Of a stretch of 64,000 bases of DNA, positions 12,979-26,383 are shown piece after piece. Each line of letters begins with the position of its first letter. The first letter of the stretch is position 1. Source of the stretch: Neoconidiobolus thromboides FSU 785 (taxonomy: Eukaryota > Fungi > Entomophthoromycota); assembly GCA_025603075.1 (NCBI GenBank), contig MU626358.1, forward strand, positions 1-64,000. The letters are read 5' to 3'. A program made the position numbers and the translations under genes. Below the pieces are notes generated by a model. It was not told where the DNA came from. It did no database searches and was given only the letters and a program-made list of their open reading frames with translations.

Positions 12979-13665
12979 TTATTTTGAAATTAAGGTAAAA
13001 TTAATAGTAGCCGAACTATTGTCAACATCATTCTCCACATTGTTATTATTTGATATCACAATATTAGCCAAATTGTCATTGAACAATTCGATTAACTCAT
13101 TAGCTTCCTTTTGTACATTTTTACCATATACATCATATGCATTCTTGGAGCTAGTATTTTTTTCAATCCTACTTTTAATATATTCCTTTAATATCAAGTG
13201 GGGTTCTTTTAGTAATAAACTTTGGGTATTTACTACTTCTAAATCTGTTATTCCATTTTCATAAATAATATCTTCTAGTTTATTCATCTGTTCATTGATC
13301 CTTTCTCTTCTATCTGAATTATTAGTTACTGTTAGTTAATTTAAATTTTGAGATGTAGAAATTACCTTTTACTTGGCGATCCAATATAGGCATAGTATAA
13401 GCATTATTACTTTTTAACAATAAAAAATAATACAAGAAAACTAATATTAAACTTACATTGGTTGATATAATAACGTTAAAATTTCGCTTTCATTTTTCTC
13501 AATTTCTTTAATTATAGAAGATAACACATAAATATTTTTATCTACAAAATCTTTGATTTTGTTATCCGATCTAAATACTGGTTCTTTATACTGCAAATCA
13601 CTGTTGAAGAAATCTAGCGTTAAGTCATCATCTAAATTCATATTCATATTTATATTTGTATTCAT
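12979..13665 (-). CDS. Hypothetical protein, about 3 exons
   Basis: ORFs 13453-13665 and 12979-13287 are separated by GTAAG/GTAAT...AG introns; no family recognised. Confidence 0.55.
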
Positions 13666-14302
13666 ACTGATTATAAAAGATAAAAAACGAATATTTGAAA
13701 AAAAAAATCTCTAAATCTATTTTGGTCTATTATAAAAACACTGAGTGTAATTGGATGTTTGGCTGCAACAGCTGGTTAGGATGCAAAATTTTCCTTTTTT
13801 TCTAAATCCTTGCAAAAAAAAAGTAAAAATGATTAATTCCAATGCTAAATTATCTAATAGCTTTTATTTGAAATCTTACATTAAAGAACAGGTATTTGGT
13901 CCAATTAAACCACAGAGTTGGCCACTTTTAGTATCCTAAATTGAGCAGATGGGGTTGAAGCCTCATGTGACATTGATTCACCAATAAGGTCGCTTCAAAT
14001 TATTCAATCTTGACTCATTAAACTGGTCTAGGAGATAAATTAAGTAAAATTGTAGCTTTTAGTAAGGAATTAAAAACTTAACCGAAAAAGTGAGCATAAA
14101 AGTTACATATTAATAAAAAAAACTCAAAAAATATAGATAAGATTCAGTTTGATCTAAATATGTAAAATAAGTTTTAAAGGAAGATTCATGTTATGGTAAA
14201 AACCAATTGGCTTGGTTGTTGTTTGGAGGTATAAATTCATAAGCAACCAAATTTTGGTTTCTTACTTTTTCTTTTTTTAACTATCTCTTCTCTTATTTTG
14301 AA

Positions 14303-16217
14303 ATGTTACGTTCTGCTTTATCTTGCGCTAAAAAATTAAATACTAGTTTAATCACTCGTTCTGCCTTAAAGAAGTCGGTTGTAAGTCTAGTAAACCATCC
14401 TTTATTTCATTTTTTAACCCACTATAAAGCTCTCCCGTCACTTTTCCAGTGCCGTCCCAGAACAAAAAGAGGTAGCTCAACGCTAATTTCAATTATATTT
14501 TATAATCAATTTAATAGCCTTCTCAACACTCTACTAGTTTCGCTTCAGAGCAAAAAGAGGTAACCATATTTTTTTCAAACTATATTTTTACTAATGTCTT
14601 TTTCTAAGATCCTTAACCAGGGCTTAAAAGACGCCGATCCAGAACTTTTCAATATTATTGAACTTGAAAAGCGTCGTCAACGTGAAAGTATTATTCTTAT
14701 TCCTTCTGAGGTAAAATTACATTTTATTTCTATGTTAGCTTTTTTAACTTGTTTGAAGAATTATACTTCTAAAGCTGTCATGGAAGCTTTAGGCTCCGTT
14801 ATGCAAAATAAGTATTCTGAAGGTTATCCAGGTGCCAGGTAATACAAAATTTAATTTGATTCAAGGGTGAAAGTAACATATTCTTTTAAAAAGATATTAT
14901 GGCGGTAATGAATTTATTGACATGTCTGAATCTTTATGCCAAAAGAGAGCCTTGGAGCTCTTTAACTTAGACCCTGAAAAATGGGGTGTTAATGTTCAAG
15001 CTTTATCAGGTACTTTTATTTTTGTTATTTGTTAACTTGAGATACTAAGTTTTCGTCTACTAGGTGCTCCTGCTAATCTTTACGTTTATTATGGTATCAT
15101 GAAACCCCATGACCGTATTATGGGCCTTGACTTACCTCATGGTGGACAGTAATTTTTATTTGATTTACTTAATTCATTGACTTAGTTGATAAGTTTGTCT
15201 CACGGGTATCAAACTGATACTAAAAAGATCTCAGCTGTATCAGCTTATTTTGAAACCTTACCATACCGTCTTGATGAAACTACTGGTTTAATTGATTACA
15301 ATGCCCTTGAAAAGAATGCTTTACTTTACAGACCAAAAGTGATCGTCGCTGGTGCTTCAGCTTATTCTAGAAACATTGACTATGCTCGTATGAAACAAAT
15401 TGCTACCAAATCTAACTCTTACCTTATGGCTGATATGGCTCATATCTCTGGTCTTGTAGCAGCTAAAGTATTACCTGGTCCTTTTGATCATGCCGATATC
15501 GTTACCACCACCACTCATAAATCCTTACGTGGTCCACGTGGTTCTCTTATCTTTTTCCGCAAAGGAGTACGTTCCGTTACCAAGCATGGCAAAGAGATCA
15601 TGTACGATTTAGAAAACAGCATCAATTTTTCTGTTTTCCCTGGACATCAAGGTGGTCCACATAACCATACTATTTCTGCTTTAGCCGTTGCTCTTAAGCA
15701 AGCTAGCACTCCAAATTTCCGTGAGTATCAACAGAATGTGCTAGACAACTCTCGTTACTTTGGTGAAAAATTAAGAGAAATCGGTTACACCCTTGTGTCT
15801 GGTGGTACTGATACTCATCTTTTGTTGATTGATCTTCGTTCAAAAGGTATTGATGGTGCTCGTGTTGAAAGTGTATTGGAATTAGTCAATATCGCTTCAA
15901 ACAAGAACACTGTTCCAGGAGATAAATCTGCTTTTATTCCAGGAGGACTTAGAGTTGGTACTCCAGCCATGACTTCTAGAGGTTTCCTTAAAGAAAATTT
16001 TGCTCAAGTAGCTCAATTTATTGATCGTGCCGTTAAGATTGCTATTCAAATTAATAAGGAAGCTGGAGGTAGCAAACTCAAAGATTTCAAGATCTACCTA
16101 AACCAAAATGGTGCCAATCATCCAGATATCAAAGCTTTACGCCAAGAAGTTATTGAATTCTCTAAACAATTCCCAGCTGTTGGGTTTAATGTTGAAGATA
16201 TGAAGTATCCAAATTAA
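14303..16217 (+). CDS. SHM1: Serine hydroxymethyltransferase with an N-terminal mitochondrial-type presequence, multi-exon
   Basis: Motifs [42 protein letters not shown] and [13 protein letters not shown]. Exon 1 is Arg/Lys/Ser-rich and lacks acidic residues ([26 protein letters not shown]). Confidence 0.95.
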
Positions 16218-16347
16218 CTAATTAATGAGTTAATTTAATTTAATGCTTTATAAATAATAATGCGCTTTAGAAAAATAAAATAAAAAATTGTTAACTATAA
16301 ATTGGATATTTGCTATTTTAATAGTATAAATAATATAGTAAAAATAT

Positions 16348-18081
16348 TTAATACAATATATTAAATAAATCATTGGGGAAAATAAATGTTTGCAGGATAG
16401 CAATTAGAGTAGCAATGACAATAGTCAACGGTGTAATAATTAAACAATACTTGAAAAGTGTTAATGAGCCAATATACATCTCCTTCCTTAGCAAAATACC
16501 TTTCCACATTAATCCAGCTAACGAGCCGGCTGGCGTAGTATTAGCTCCAAGATTACAACATATAATTATAGCCATAAAAGCAACTGCCCCAACAGCCCGA
16601 TCCATTTCGTTACTAAAATCTATCATTATTAAAGTTCTAGCTAAGAGTATTGAGGTTGGTAAATTATTTAATAATGCACAAAGTAGAGTGGTCAAAATAC
16701 TCATCCCAAATCCAAAAGCATAGACGTTACTGGGTAATACATTAATTATTGTTTGTGCCAATAATGTGGTAAAACCTCGAACGTGCATAGCTTCAACCAT
16801 AATAAACATGCCTAATAAAAATGGTAAGAGCCCCCAAGGTAGATTTTTAATAATTGAAATAAAAGACGCAAAACGGTTCAAGAATTCACTATACTTGTTA
16901 TTATTACTATCACTACTACCTTCATTATATAACTGTATTTCCATCTCTTTATTCATTGAAGGTTCATGTTTTTCTAAAGAGATGATATTGACCGACTTTG
17001 AATAATTTACTATACTATCCAAACAATCTATATCACTTTTGTAATTCTTTTTACAAATAATACCATCGCTTTTAATAGATCCATTGTTATTTAAATCATT
17101 ATCCTTCTTCAAAGTGCCATTATTAATTTGATTTAAAATAACACATTGTTCCGTTTGACGTCTACTATATTTAAGATCATAAACAACATCCCAAATCACC
17201 ATAATTAAACCAAAAGGTAATGTAGTAATCCAAACTTCAACATGCCAAACTGAACAAATAATTAATGTTATAAGACATAAGATTAATATAACGCTTCCAA
17301 AGATTGCTGTAACTGGTTTGATTAATAGCTCTTTTGGATTCACTTCAATATTAATAACATTGTTAGATAATCTATTCCAAAATATCATTAATAATACTAT
17401 TAATTCAATAACAATTGAAAATAAAAATGGTAATGATAATAATTGCGAATAATTTAAAAAAGATATGTTATAAGCCATACTGATAACTACATTCGTTGGA
17501 TTACCAACATATAAAGCTAACGAAGCTGTATTGGCACCTATAAACTCGCCAATAAAAAAGGGTAATGGATCTATATTTAAAGCTTTAGATAAATAGCAGA
17601 TTAATGGTGTTAAAGTTAAAATCACAACGTCGTTTGAAGCTATAGCTCCAACTACAACTGTAAATAAAAAGAAAGCTACAAAAAATAATCTAATTGACTT
17701 CGAACTCCATTTACTTATTACTAACGCTAAGTATGAAAATATACCAGTATGATCTAAGGATATACATATATATGCTAAACTAAATATCAATACTAATACA
17801 CTTAAAGGCTGTATACTATTTGGGCTTCCGATAATACCATTACTAAAATCCTTAATCGAAATGGAAGTGGTAGCCAGTAATAAAACACTTGTTATAATTG
17901 GAGAAGTAGAATAATTTAATTGAAATTCTAGCTTTTTCCTATTATGTTTGAATGGTAGCTTAATAATTATTGGAAATTGAATCAAAATGATTTGGATTAA
18001 AAATAAAGCTAATACAATCCATGTGCGAAAGCTCGAAGTATCGTAATTTAGTCCATTAGTATTCTCTTTCAATTTTAACAT
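16348..18081 (-). CDS. ArsB/NhaD-superfamily (arsenical pump/citrate transporter-like) membrane transporter, intronless
   Basis: 577 aa multi-TM ORF with motifs SNDVVILTLTP, GANTASLALYVGNPTNVVI, LLNNLPTSIL and NLGANTTPAGSLAGLMW. Confidence 0.85.
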   Translation of the reverse strand: MLKLKENTNGLNYDTSSFRTWIVLALFLIQIILIQFPIIIKLPFKHNRKKLEFQLNYSTSPIITSVLLLATTSISIKDFSNGIIGSPNSIQPLSVLVLIFSLAYICISLDHTGIFSYLALVISKWSSKSIRLFFVAFFLFTVVVGAIASNDVVILTLTPLICYLSKALNIDPLPFFIGEFIGANTASLALYVGNPTNVVISMAYNISFLNYSQLLSLPFLFSIVIELIVLLMIFWNRLSNNVINIEVNPKELLIKPVTAIFGSVILILCLITLIICSVWHVEVWITTLPFGLIMVIWDVVYDLKYSRRQTEQCVILNQINNGTLKKDNDLNNNGSIKSDGIICKKNYKSDIDCLDSIVNYSKSVNIISLEKHEPSMNKEMEIQLYNEGSSDSNNNKYSEFLNRFASFISIIKNLPWGLLPFLLGMFIMVEAMHVRGFTTLLAQTIINVLPSNVYAFGFGMSILTTLLCALLNNLPTSILLARTLIMIDFSNEMDRAVGAVAFMAIIICCNLGANTTPAGSLAGLMWKGILLRKEMYIGSLTLFKYCLIITPLTIVIATLIAILQTFIFPNDLFNILY

Positions 18082-19593
18082 CTTTATCGACTCAAGGTGT
18101 TTTTCTTCATCTATTTATATTTCAAGTGTAATGATTTAATTTTTACAACTTCCTTGCGTTTTTTTGAAAAAAATCTTGATGGGAAATTGCTAAGTTTTCA
18201 TAAATTTTAAATGAGCTAATTTAAATTAAGATTTATGATTTTGATTATTCAAAAGTTACCATTAAATACTGTCAACCAGTCAATGAAAATAAAGCTTACA
18301 TCTATCAAATTGTATGCTCTAATAATTCCAACAAGTGGTAACTTACAAAATTTCTCCACCTTTTAACACTAAATTATAGAAAAAAGCATATTACAAAGTT
18401 ATAGCCTACTTTGTATCCTTTTTGATAACTAAAACTATATGCCCTTGCCCAGCTGCTTATTTGGTCTTATTGAAAGTGTCTCTACTAAACTAGATACTCA
18501 TATATATCCTTCTCATCTTCTTTTTTAGCTTCTATTATGGATGATTTATTAGCTTTTTTAAAAGTGTTCTTGGCAAAAGTTAATCGTTTCCACATGTCAA
18601 GGAAGTGACCATTCTATTTCTCTTGGGGACCATAGCTGCTTATTATTCATAAAACCTTATATTGTTTAGTTGAATCCACTTCTATCGGTAACTCTATAAG
18701 TTTTTTCGAATATACTAGCTTCGATTGTGTATCACCAAATATTATCTTGGAATGGATTATCAATTTGAATGTTCCGAGATTGAGTAGAATTAGTAGGAAT
18801 TGTGAAGGAACAAAGTTATAGGACTTGAAGCTGAATTGTTATAATTGGTACTATTTGTTCTGCCTAGTCATTTAGGTACTAGTATACATTTGGCCCGTGT
18901 TTGGCTTGGTATATAAATTTTTGTTTGTGCCTTATATCCATCTTAACTACCACTTGATTCTCGTCCATCTTAAAGCTTAGTCTTATTATTTAAAAATGTG
19001 TAATTTTTTTCAAGTAATGTGTTACATTAAGAGACCAAAAGTGAAATACATTTGAAATGCACATGTTTTATTTTTATAATAAATTAGATAGGTTTTATAG
19101 CTGCTATGGAAAGTATATTAAATTGATGAATTAAGAGTAAAATAGAATGCTAAGTGGTTAAATACAATTAAATCCTTATATAAATAAAAGTCTATTGATT
19201 TTATATTTTTGTTTTACTAATTTCATTCTGAGATTTCATCCATCAAAATTATTGGAGTTTTTATTGAAAACTTGATGGACTTTGCTAATGTTAAATTACG
19301 GAACAATATCATTGAGCTCTCTATATTATATTCTATGTCTACAATTGTAGTAACCTAAGCTCAAAATAATTTTTTTTAGCTTTGATTTTGGAAAATCAGA
19401 GTTTCACCAAACTTCTATATATTTTAAGCTGTATCTATTGGCAAAATAAAAATTTAATACGTAAAAAATTCCTCATAAATAATTTATACTTAAAATCAAA
19501 TACATCAATTAAATACAATTGTACTGAATAAGATCAATAATAACATATTCATTAATCTAGATTTCTATTAAAAATTTCATTCCTTAAAAAACA

Positions 19594-19695
19594 AAATGGG
19601 GATATATTTTTTTGTTTAAAATTTTGCTAGTAACTTTCCGCTCAAATAGCGCTCAAAAGATGGAAAAAGTGATCAAACCAAAAACATCCTCAAAT
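19594..19695 (+). mobile_element. MITE-like element, copy 2
   Basis: Matches the consensus GGGGAT..TTTGTTTAA..CGCTCAAATAGCGCT..GATGGAAAAAGTGAT..CATCC. Confidence 0.8.
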
Positions 19696-19930
19696 CTATT
19701 ATAATAAAACAATATAACATAATAAAGTACAAGATAACATTAAAAAAATTGTATTTTTTTTAATAATTAATAATAAAATTGGTCCATAGTATAGGTAGCT
19801 TGATCATCAATGGAATTAGGTAATAAGGGTGGGAAATTTACTTTAAAGTTGACATAAAATTATTTTAAAAATAGTATTTAAATTTATAAACTAAGTTAAA
19901 AGAGGTAACATATAAAATTTCAAACTCAAT

Positions 19931-21183
19931 TTATGCCCAAACCTAAAAAATAATACACATTAGTACCTTACATCAAATTAATATACATATAACTTACTTT
20001 AAGCATAGTATCCCATGAACCAGTGCAAAGTGCCATACCATCAGATGAAACTCCAAGGCATGAAACACGGTTATCATGACCAGTTAATACTCCAACACGC
20101 TCTCCTTTCAATGTATCCCAAACATTACAACTATAATCATCATACCCAGCGAAGAGTAAACGTCCAGAGGAAGAAAAGGCAACAGAAGTAACTCCGCTTA
20201 AAATATTGTCATGTACATATTGGTTTAATTCCCGATCAGCTCTTAAATCGAATAAGCGGCATGAATTATCATCTGAACCAGTCCCAATAGCATTGCCATT
20301 AGGGAAAAATCTAAAATAAAGTTAATTTCCTTATTATTAATAGCAAATCCATTAATTACTGAACAGCATTGATATCGTTTTCATGTCCAGCAAAAGTTTG
20401 TACACAACGTCCAGAACGAATATCCCATATCTTAGCAGTGGTATCACAACCACCTGAAACGAATATATTCTTATCTGGAGATAATGAAAGGCTAATTAAA
20501 GTCAACATTAGTTCGTCATATTATTCATCTTATAACTCTAAAATTACCTCATGACATCCCCAGTATGATCATTGAATTCGGTAATTTTTACTCCAGATTC
20601 GATATCCCATAAAATACAAGACATATCACCAGAACAGGTAAGGATCTGACGATCACTTAAGAATCTACAACAAGAAAGGTAGCCAGTATGTGAACTTAAC
20701 TCACGAGATACTTTAATTGGACCTTCACGAGAAGATAAAGCATAAATGGAACAAATGTTATCTAAACCACCACAAGCTACTAATCCACCGGATGGGGCAT
20801 AGGCACATGTCATTACCCAAGATGATCGTAATGGGATGGCATATAATTTGTTGGTGGAATAAGCATCCCAAACTAAAAGTTTACCGTCTTGGGAAGCGGA
20901 TATTAAGTGGCGTTCGTCTTGTGACCAATGCATGGCATAAATTTTAGCCAAATGGCCTTTCAGGGTACGACGTACTTTTATATTTACTCGTGGCAAAGGT
21001 TCAAGTTCAGAAGCCATGGCTTTTACTAAAAGATTTCAAATTGAAGTTAGAAATATGAACTGTATTATAGAGTGATCACTTACAAGTGGTATCAGCAAGC
21101 GAATCCTTTTTAATACGTATCTTTTCATTTAAAGTTTCCGCTTCTTTTCTGGCCAAGTTGATTCTTTCAGCTATATCTGACAT
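19931..21183 (-). CDS. GPB1: Heterotrimeric G protein beta subunit (WD40), multi-exon
   Basis: Motifs [43 protein letters not shown] and [10 protein letters not shown]; ATG at 21183. Confidence 0.97.
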
Positions 21184-22424
21184 TTTTTATCAAAAGGTTT
21201 TAGTTTTAAAAGATAAGTTATATTTCTGTTTTCCTTAAAATAAATTAAAGAATTAAATTTGGAACATTAATAAAAAATGGCGAGTATATTATTGGCTTAA
21301 AAAAACTCAATTAGTTAGCATTGACCATTCCAATGTATTGTTTTTATTGGTTAAGAATGTTTTTAAATGGTTCTATTGCCTCTTTGGGTAGGAGTATTTT
21401 CCATTTATTTAAGGGGAGAGCAAGTTGAGTAAATTTTTTGTAAGCTTCTATTTAAGGTTACATATGACTTCATCCTTTTGTTTTTTTAGCCTTTCCCTTT
21501 TTTTATGAAAAATAAAATCGTGAATTTGAGTTATTAAGAATTTATAGTTAACTAAAAATATAAATAATCTTTTTCTTAGAAATAAAGTTACTTATTATAA
21601 CTTCAATAGTGTTATATTAGTTTTTTTTTGAATTTAGTATACAAAATGGTATAGCAACTCATTTTTAAACTCCAAAAAGAGTTAACATATTAATTTATTA
21701 AATAATAATTAGCATAATTTTAAACTCAATTATTAAAAAAATAAAAAGTAGCACAATGGGAACGGTTTTATTAATTTAATTAAAAAGATCACAATAAATC
21801 AATCCCTTGTTTCCCCACCGTTTGTATTGTAAACATACCAAATAAATGAACCAAGTTAAACTTTCTATAATAAATATATGAGATTGTATTAAAAAACTAA
21901 TTCTAATATTTATAAGCGTAACATATTAATAATATCGGTTACAATGATTCAACTTGAATGAAAAAACAGTAATATACGAATTATTAATTGTGCATGCTAC
22001 AATTATTACGATCAATATTGATAACCAAGACTAGTGCCTATCATGATAGCTTAAGATAAATATTAAAATAAACATATTGTGATTTAAAATAGTCACTTAT
22101 GTCTATCACAATATTTTAGCAGAGTCATCAATGTCCAAAAGAATGATCTAGAGTAGCTAGTGACATTACCAAATTTTTTTAAAATAACTCTAATATATTA
22201 TATAAAAATTTAGAGTATATACTGATAAAACATATTATGATTCTCAACGATAACAATAATAAATTAACTAATAAACATACCTACAAACATACTAAGAAGG
22301 TAAGTAATTGATAAGCGTTTGAAATTAAAAATAAAACACTATACACATGCTAAAAACTTTGCCTTTGATCAATTTTAATAATTAAACCTTATTTTATAAA
22401 AATATATAAAAAAATAAAACATTT

Positions 22425-23164
22425 CTAATGTGGTTTAGGCTTAAATCCTATATAAAAAGAAAAAATTAATACTTCCCTATTATATTAAATTTTTATTCAA
22501 ATATTACCATCAACAGCCATATTTCTAGTAGCAGAAGGGATCTTAAACGTAGCACCTTTTAATTCAGGTGTTATCATAACTTGACATCCTAGTCTTGAAC
22601 TAAAAAAATAATTAAATTAAACAAAATAAACAAAACTATCACTAAAATACAAAATCTCACGTTTCACTAAGTCCAAAAGCTAAATCTAACATATCATTTT
22701 CTTCATCCGTTGGTTCTTCTAATGAATCAAAAACCTCTTGTTCTAAAATAACATGGCATGTTGAGCAAGCTAAGCTCGATTCGCATGCTCCTTTTAGAGG
22801 TGAAACAATTTCAATTAATTTATGCTTTGGCTTTTGATTTAGTTTTAATTACCTTCTAAATCTATATTATTAGCATGAGCTACATCCAAAACGCTTGAAC
22901 CCTCAGCTCCATACACGGTTACTTTTTCTCCTTCAGTAGTTATGAAGTTGATATCTATACTGGAATTTGTTATTTTTAAGTAAATTATCAAGATGATTTA
23001 TACTTACCCTTCTCCAGGCTTCAATTTTTTTGAACCATGGGATCGAGCTAAAAAAATTATAAAATTAAACAAATATAATAATATTGAACCTTACAAGTAT
23101 TCCTCATCAGCGTATTAGTAGTCATTCTATGCGTTATTTTTAAGTTTCTAAGTAAGCGTAACAT
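22425..23164 (-). CDS. YAH1: Mitochondrial 2Fe-2S ferredoxin (adrenodoxin/Yah1), multi-exon; missed by the ORF track
   Basis: Manual translation gives [36 protein letters not shown] and a C-terminus RNMAVDGFKPKPH*; basic presequence MLRLLRNLK. Confidence 0.93.
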
Positions 23165-23522
23165 TTTTATTATGATTGTTGAGTTTAAAAAAAAAATAAA
23201 GATTTTATTTCGATAGTTTTTTATTTCGAGATTTAGAAAACTTGGGTCTCTTAGCCAATCAGATCAAATCTGATTTTATAGATAAAAGATAAGATTTAAA
23301 ATATATGAAGTACTATACTAGAATAAAATAATAAAATAAAAGCGTAATTGAATATAAAATAAAACACGTTTGTATTCAGCAGTGGAGGGATATTAAAAAA
23401 AAGATGATATGTCATTAGATAATTAATCAAATCAAAAGGGTAAAAGGATAAAAGGTCTACAAAGCTAATTCAATAAATGTATCTAAATTTAAATTACAAT
23501 TCTATATTAACAAGAAACTGAC

Positions 23523-24083
23523 TCATAAAATCTGAAACTGTCTACTTGATAAAAGGGCCAACAAAAATGGGGAAGAGTTAACGATTGAGAAACAAAAGTT
23601 GACTTTCGAACTATTAACGGTCTCTTTATCACTACCAGTATACAGTGTGATGGCACTAAGGAATGTGGACTTAAAACTAACAAATATTATTACACTATCC
23701 TGTAATATCCAAGATATTTAAATTTACCAAAATGGGACTTTCAAAATAAACAATCCTTTCTCCTTATCATAGTTGAGTAGTTCAAAAAATAGACCAGTAT
23801 TAATGACACCATGAGAATATTTTAATGTGTTGTTAATATGCTCTTTTAATTTTTCATTGGTTAGTCTGATTCGACACTTTGTTATTGGCTTTATTATCTG
23901 TTCTCCAAAATACCTTTTTTGAGCATCATTTAATTTTACTTTGATCTGCTCATCTTCTTTTTCGGTTAATCTAAAAGATGGAGGTTAATGCAAATTAGAT
24001 TTAAATATGGTATTATGTCTCGGTTACATTTTGATTTTTAAGTAAAAATAACTAGGCTCATTTATTATTATTGTACTTTTCAT
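23523..24083 (-). CDS. RNase P/MRP subunit Pop8/Rpp14-like protein, about 3 exons; missed by the ORF track
   Basis: Manual translation MKSTIIINEPSYFYLKIK...FELLNYDKEKGLFILKVPF...FLSAITLY...SSPFLLALL matches the Pop5/Rpp14-fold pattern from memory. Confidence 0.55.
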
Positions 24084-24186
24084 TTTGTTAAAGTTAAATC
24101 AAAAATGATCTTTTTTGTATTTCACTTCATAATTTATTTTTCTGCATATTTTTAAAAATTAGTTAAAAATAAAATTATGAATTTAT

Positions 24187-24992
24187 TCAACTATTTCGTT
24201 TAAATAATTCAAGCTTCCTTGCAACATGATCAATCAGAGCCTGTAATGGAGTAGTAGATGTCGCTAGCTCACTTATGCTTTTGTTTAAATTATTAATACT
24301 ATTTTGAAACTTAGTAGGAAGCTCCTAAAAAACAATCAAATTAAAACCATAAACTAAAAACTACAAAATGGACTTACCTGATCAATATTACTATTTTCCA
24401 TTATTGGATGACTAGAGATACTCACCTTGTTATTATTCTCGTTATTACCCAAAAGTATGGGATTGATTAATTGTTTATTAAGGGAATTGTTTTTCTTATT
24501 CAATAAATCAAAATTATTTTTAATCCTATTATAACTTAATTCTAATTCTTTCACTCTGTTTTCTTCTGCCAAAATGCTCTTCCTTAATACAGTTAACGTT
24601 TCCAATTCTTTAATAATTACACTTTCCAACCCATGAACATCCCTTCTAAGTATCAACTTATTACCTTTGATACCGGTGTTCTGCGGTACTCTTATTTTAC
24701 TTAAATTTAAACTAAGTTTGGAAATTAAATGGAATAGTAAACTACTGACTTCATCTTTCTTTTGACTTTTTTGTAAGGTTATTAACTGTGCTTGCTCTAA
24801 TATCTTTTGATACCTTTTAATGGCATTAATGTTTAATAAATCCCATCCTTTCTTGGGTTGTGTTGTTGGTATCACTGGCTCTACTGGCTCTTCGGCTCTT
24901 CGTGCAGGTTCTTGTGGCGCAGACACCACTGGCTTGCGTCTCTTTATTGCTGGTTTTGCTTTTTTCAATTGAAATTTTTTGAGTTTGGCCAT
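24187..24992 (-). CDS. Coiled-coil protein, possibly kinetochore CENP-Q/Okp1/Fta7-like, 2 exons
   Basis: 212 aa ORF plus a spliced last exon (ELPTKF...VARKLELFKRNS*). Pattern W..L...L..L..IRVP...LE.L..L...I..EE...L..NPIL resembles fungal CENP-Q. Confidence 0.45.
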
Positions 24993-25437
24993 CCAATTTA
25001 TTTAGAGTATAATAAATTCTTTTTTGAGAGTTAAAATGTTGAGTTGCTTAAATTAAAGGCTATTTTTTTAGAATTATGATTTTTTAATCCTTCTCAATTG
25101 GGCAAAAAAAAATCGTGTTCATAGCATTTATGCAAAAGGGCAACTTTGCAATAAAGTGACTAAAAAATTGGCTGAGTTTAAACTAGTTACACATAAAAAA
25201 GTAGTTTTATAGATGCAATCTTGTCAAAAATTAAACTATTTTAAAAAATAGCTTAAAGGTTAACAATTGTCTATTAAAGTATCTGGTAAAAAGTAAAATA
25301 TGAAGTTGAATAAAAGTTTTAAAAATCTACATAATAATTGCTCTAAACCGTATTTTTTAATAAACCTTTGTTTTTTATATTGTTTATAAATTTTTTATAA
25401 ATTCGATTTTAATTTTTTTGTTTTTGCTAATAAATAA

Positions 25438-25542
25438 AATTGGGATATATTTTTATGTTTAAGAATTTTGCTAACAGATTTTCCACTCAAATAATGCTTA
25501 AAAAATAAAAAAAGTAATGAAGTCAAAAAAACACTCCCAAAT
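25438..25542 (+). mobile_element. MITE-like element, copy 3
   Basis: Consensus match. Confidence 0.75.
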
Positions 25543-25895
25543 ATTTAATGATAAGTTATTAATTTCAACTTAAATAATTAATAAATTTATATTAAAACCT
25601 ATTTAAATCAATTACTATATAGTTGTTTTTTTGTATAAGCATTAAGTTTATTTATAGTTGGTTATTATAAATTTTAATATTGTAATAAGAAAGCAGTAAA
25701 GGTTTTTTAGTTGATTATTTATTATAAATTAAAAAATCTTGGTTTTAATAATTAAAATAAATTTATAAAATAAAATAACAATATACAATAAATACCAGTT
25801 TTTATATATAACCTATACTGATAACAAACTATATAAAAAATCAATTAAAACTATTTAAAAATTTAAAAATAAGGTAAACTTTTCATTAAAATTAG

Positions 25896-25996
25896 ATATG
25901 TGGGTATTTTTTGACTTCATCACTTTTTCCATCTTAAGTTATTTGAGTAGAAAAACTATTAGTAAAATTCTTAAACACAAAAAAACACCCTCATAT
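25896..25996 (-). mobile_element. MITE-like element, copy 4
   Basis: Consensus match. Confidence 0.75.
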
Positions 25997-26383
25997 ATTA
26001 AAATTTAAAAAGGGAAAATATTATACTAGAAATATTTTTGATACTTTGTATCAAAGTGTTATATATAAAAAATATGTTATAAGTTACAATTTTTTGCCAT
26101 AATTATTAAATATAAGCATTAAAATAAAAATAAAATACAAGCTCTTATAATTAGATTTTAGTATAATAAGGAAAAATGTATTATAGAGACATTGTAATTC
26201 ATTTATATTAATTCTAACTATTTATAACTTAAAGCTTATAGAATTTTATAATAAAATAAAATAAAAATTATTAAAGTTTATTATTATTAATAAACTTAAT
26301 CAAGCAATATACAAAATCAATGTTTTAAAGGAAACAGCAAACAGAAACCAATAAATAACATTATTATCAACTATAGTTTTAGT

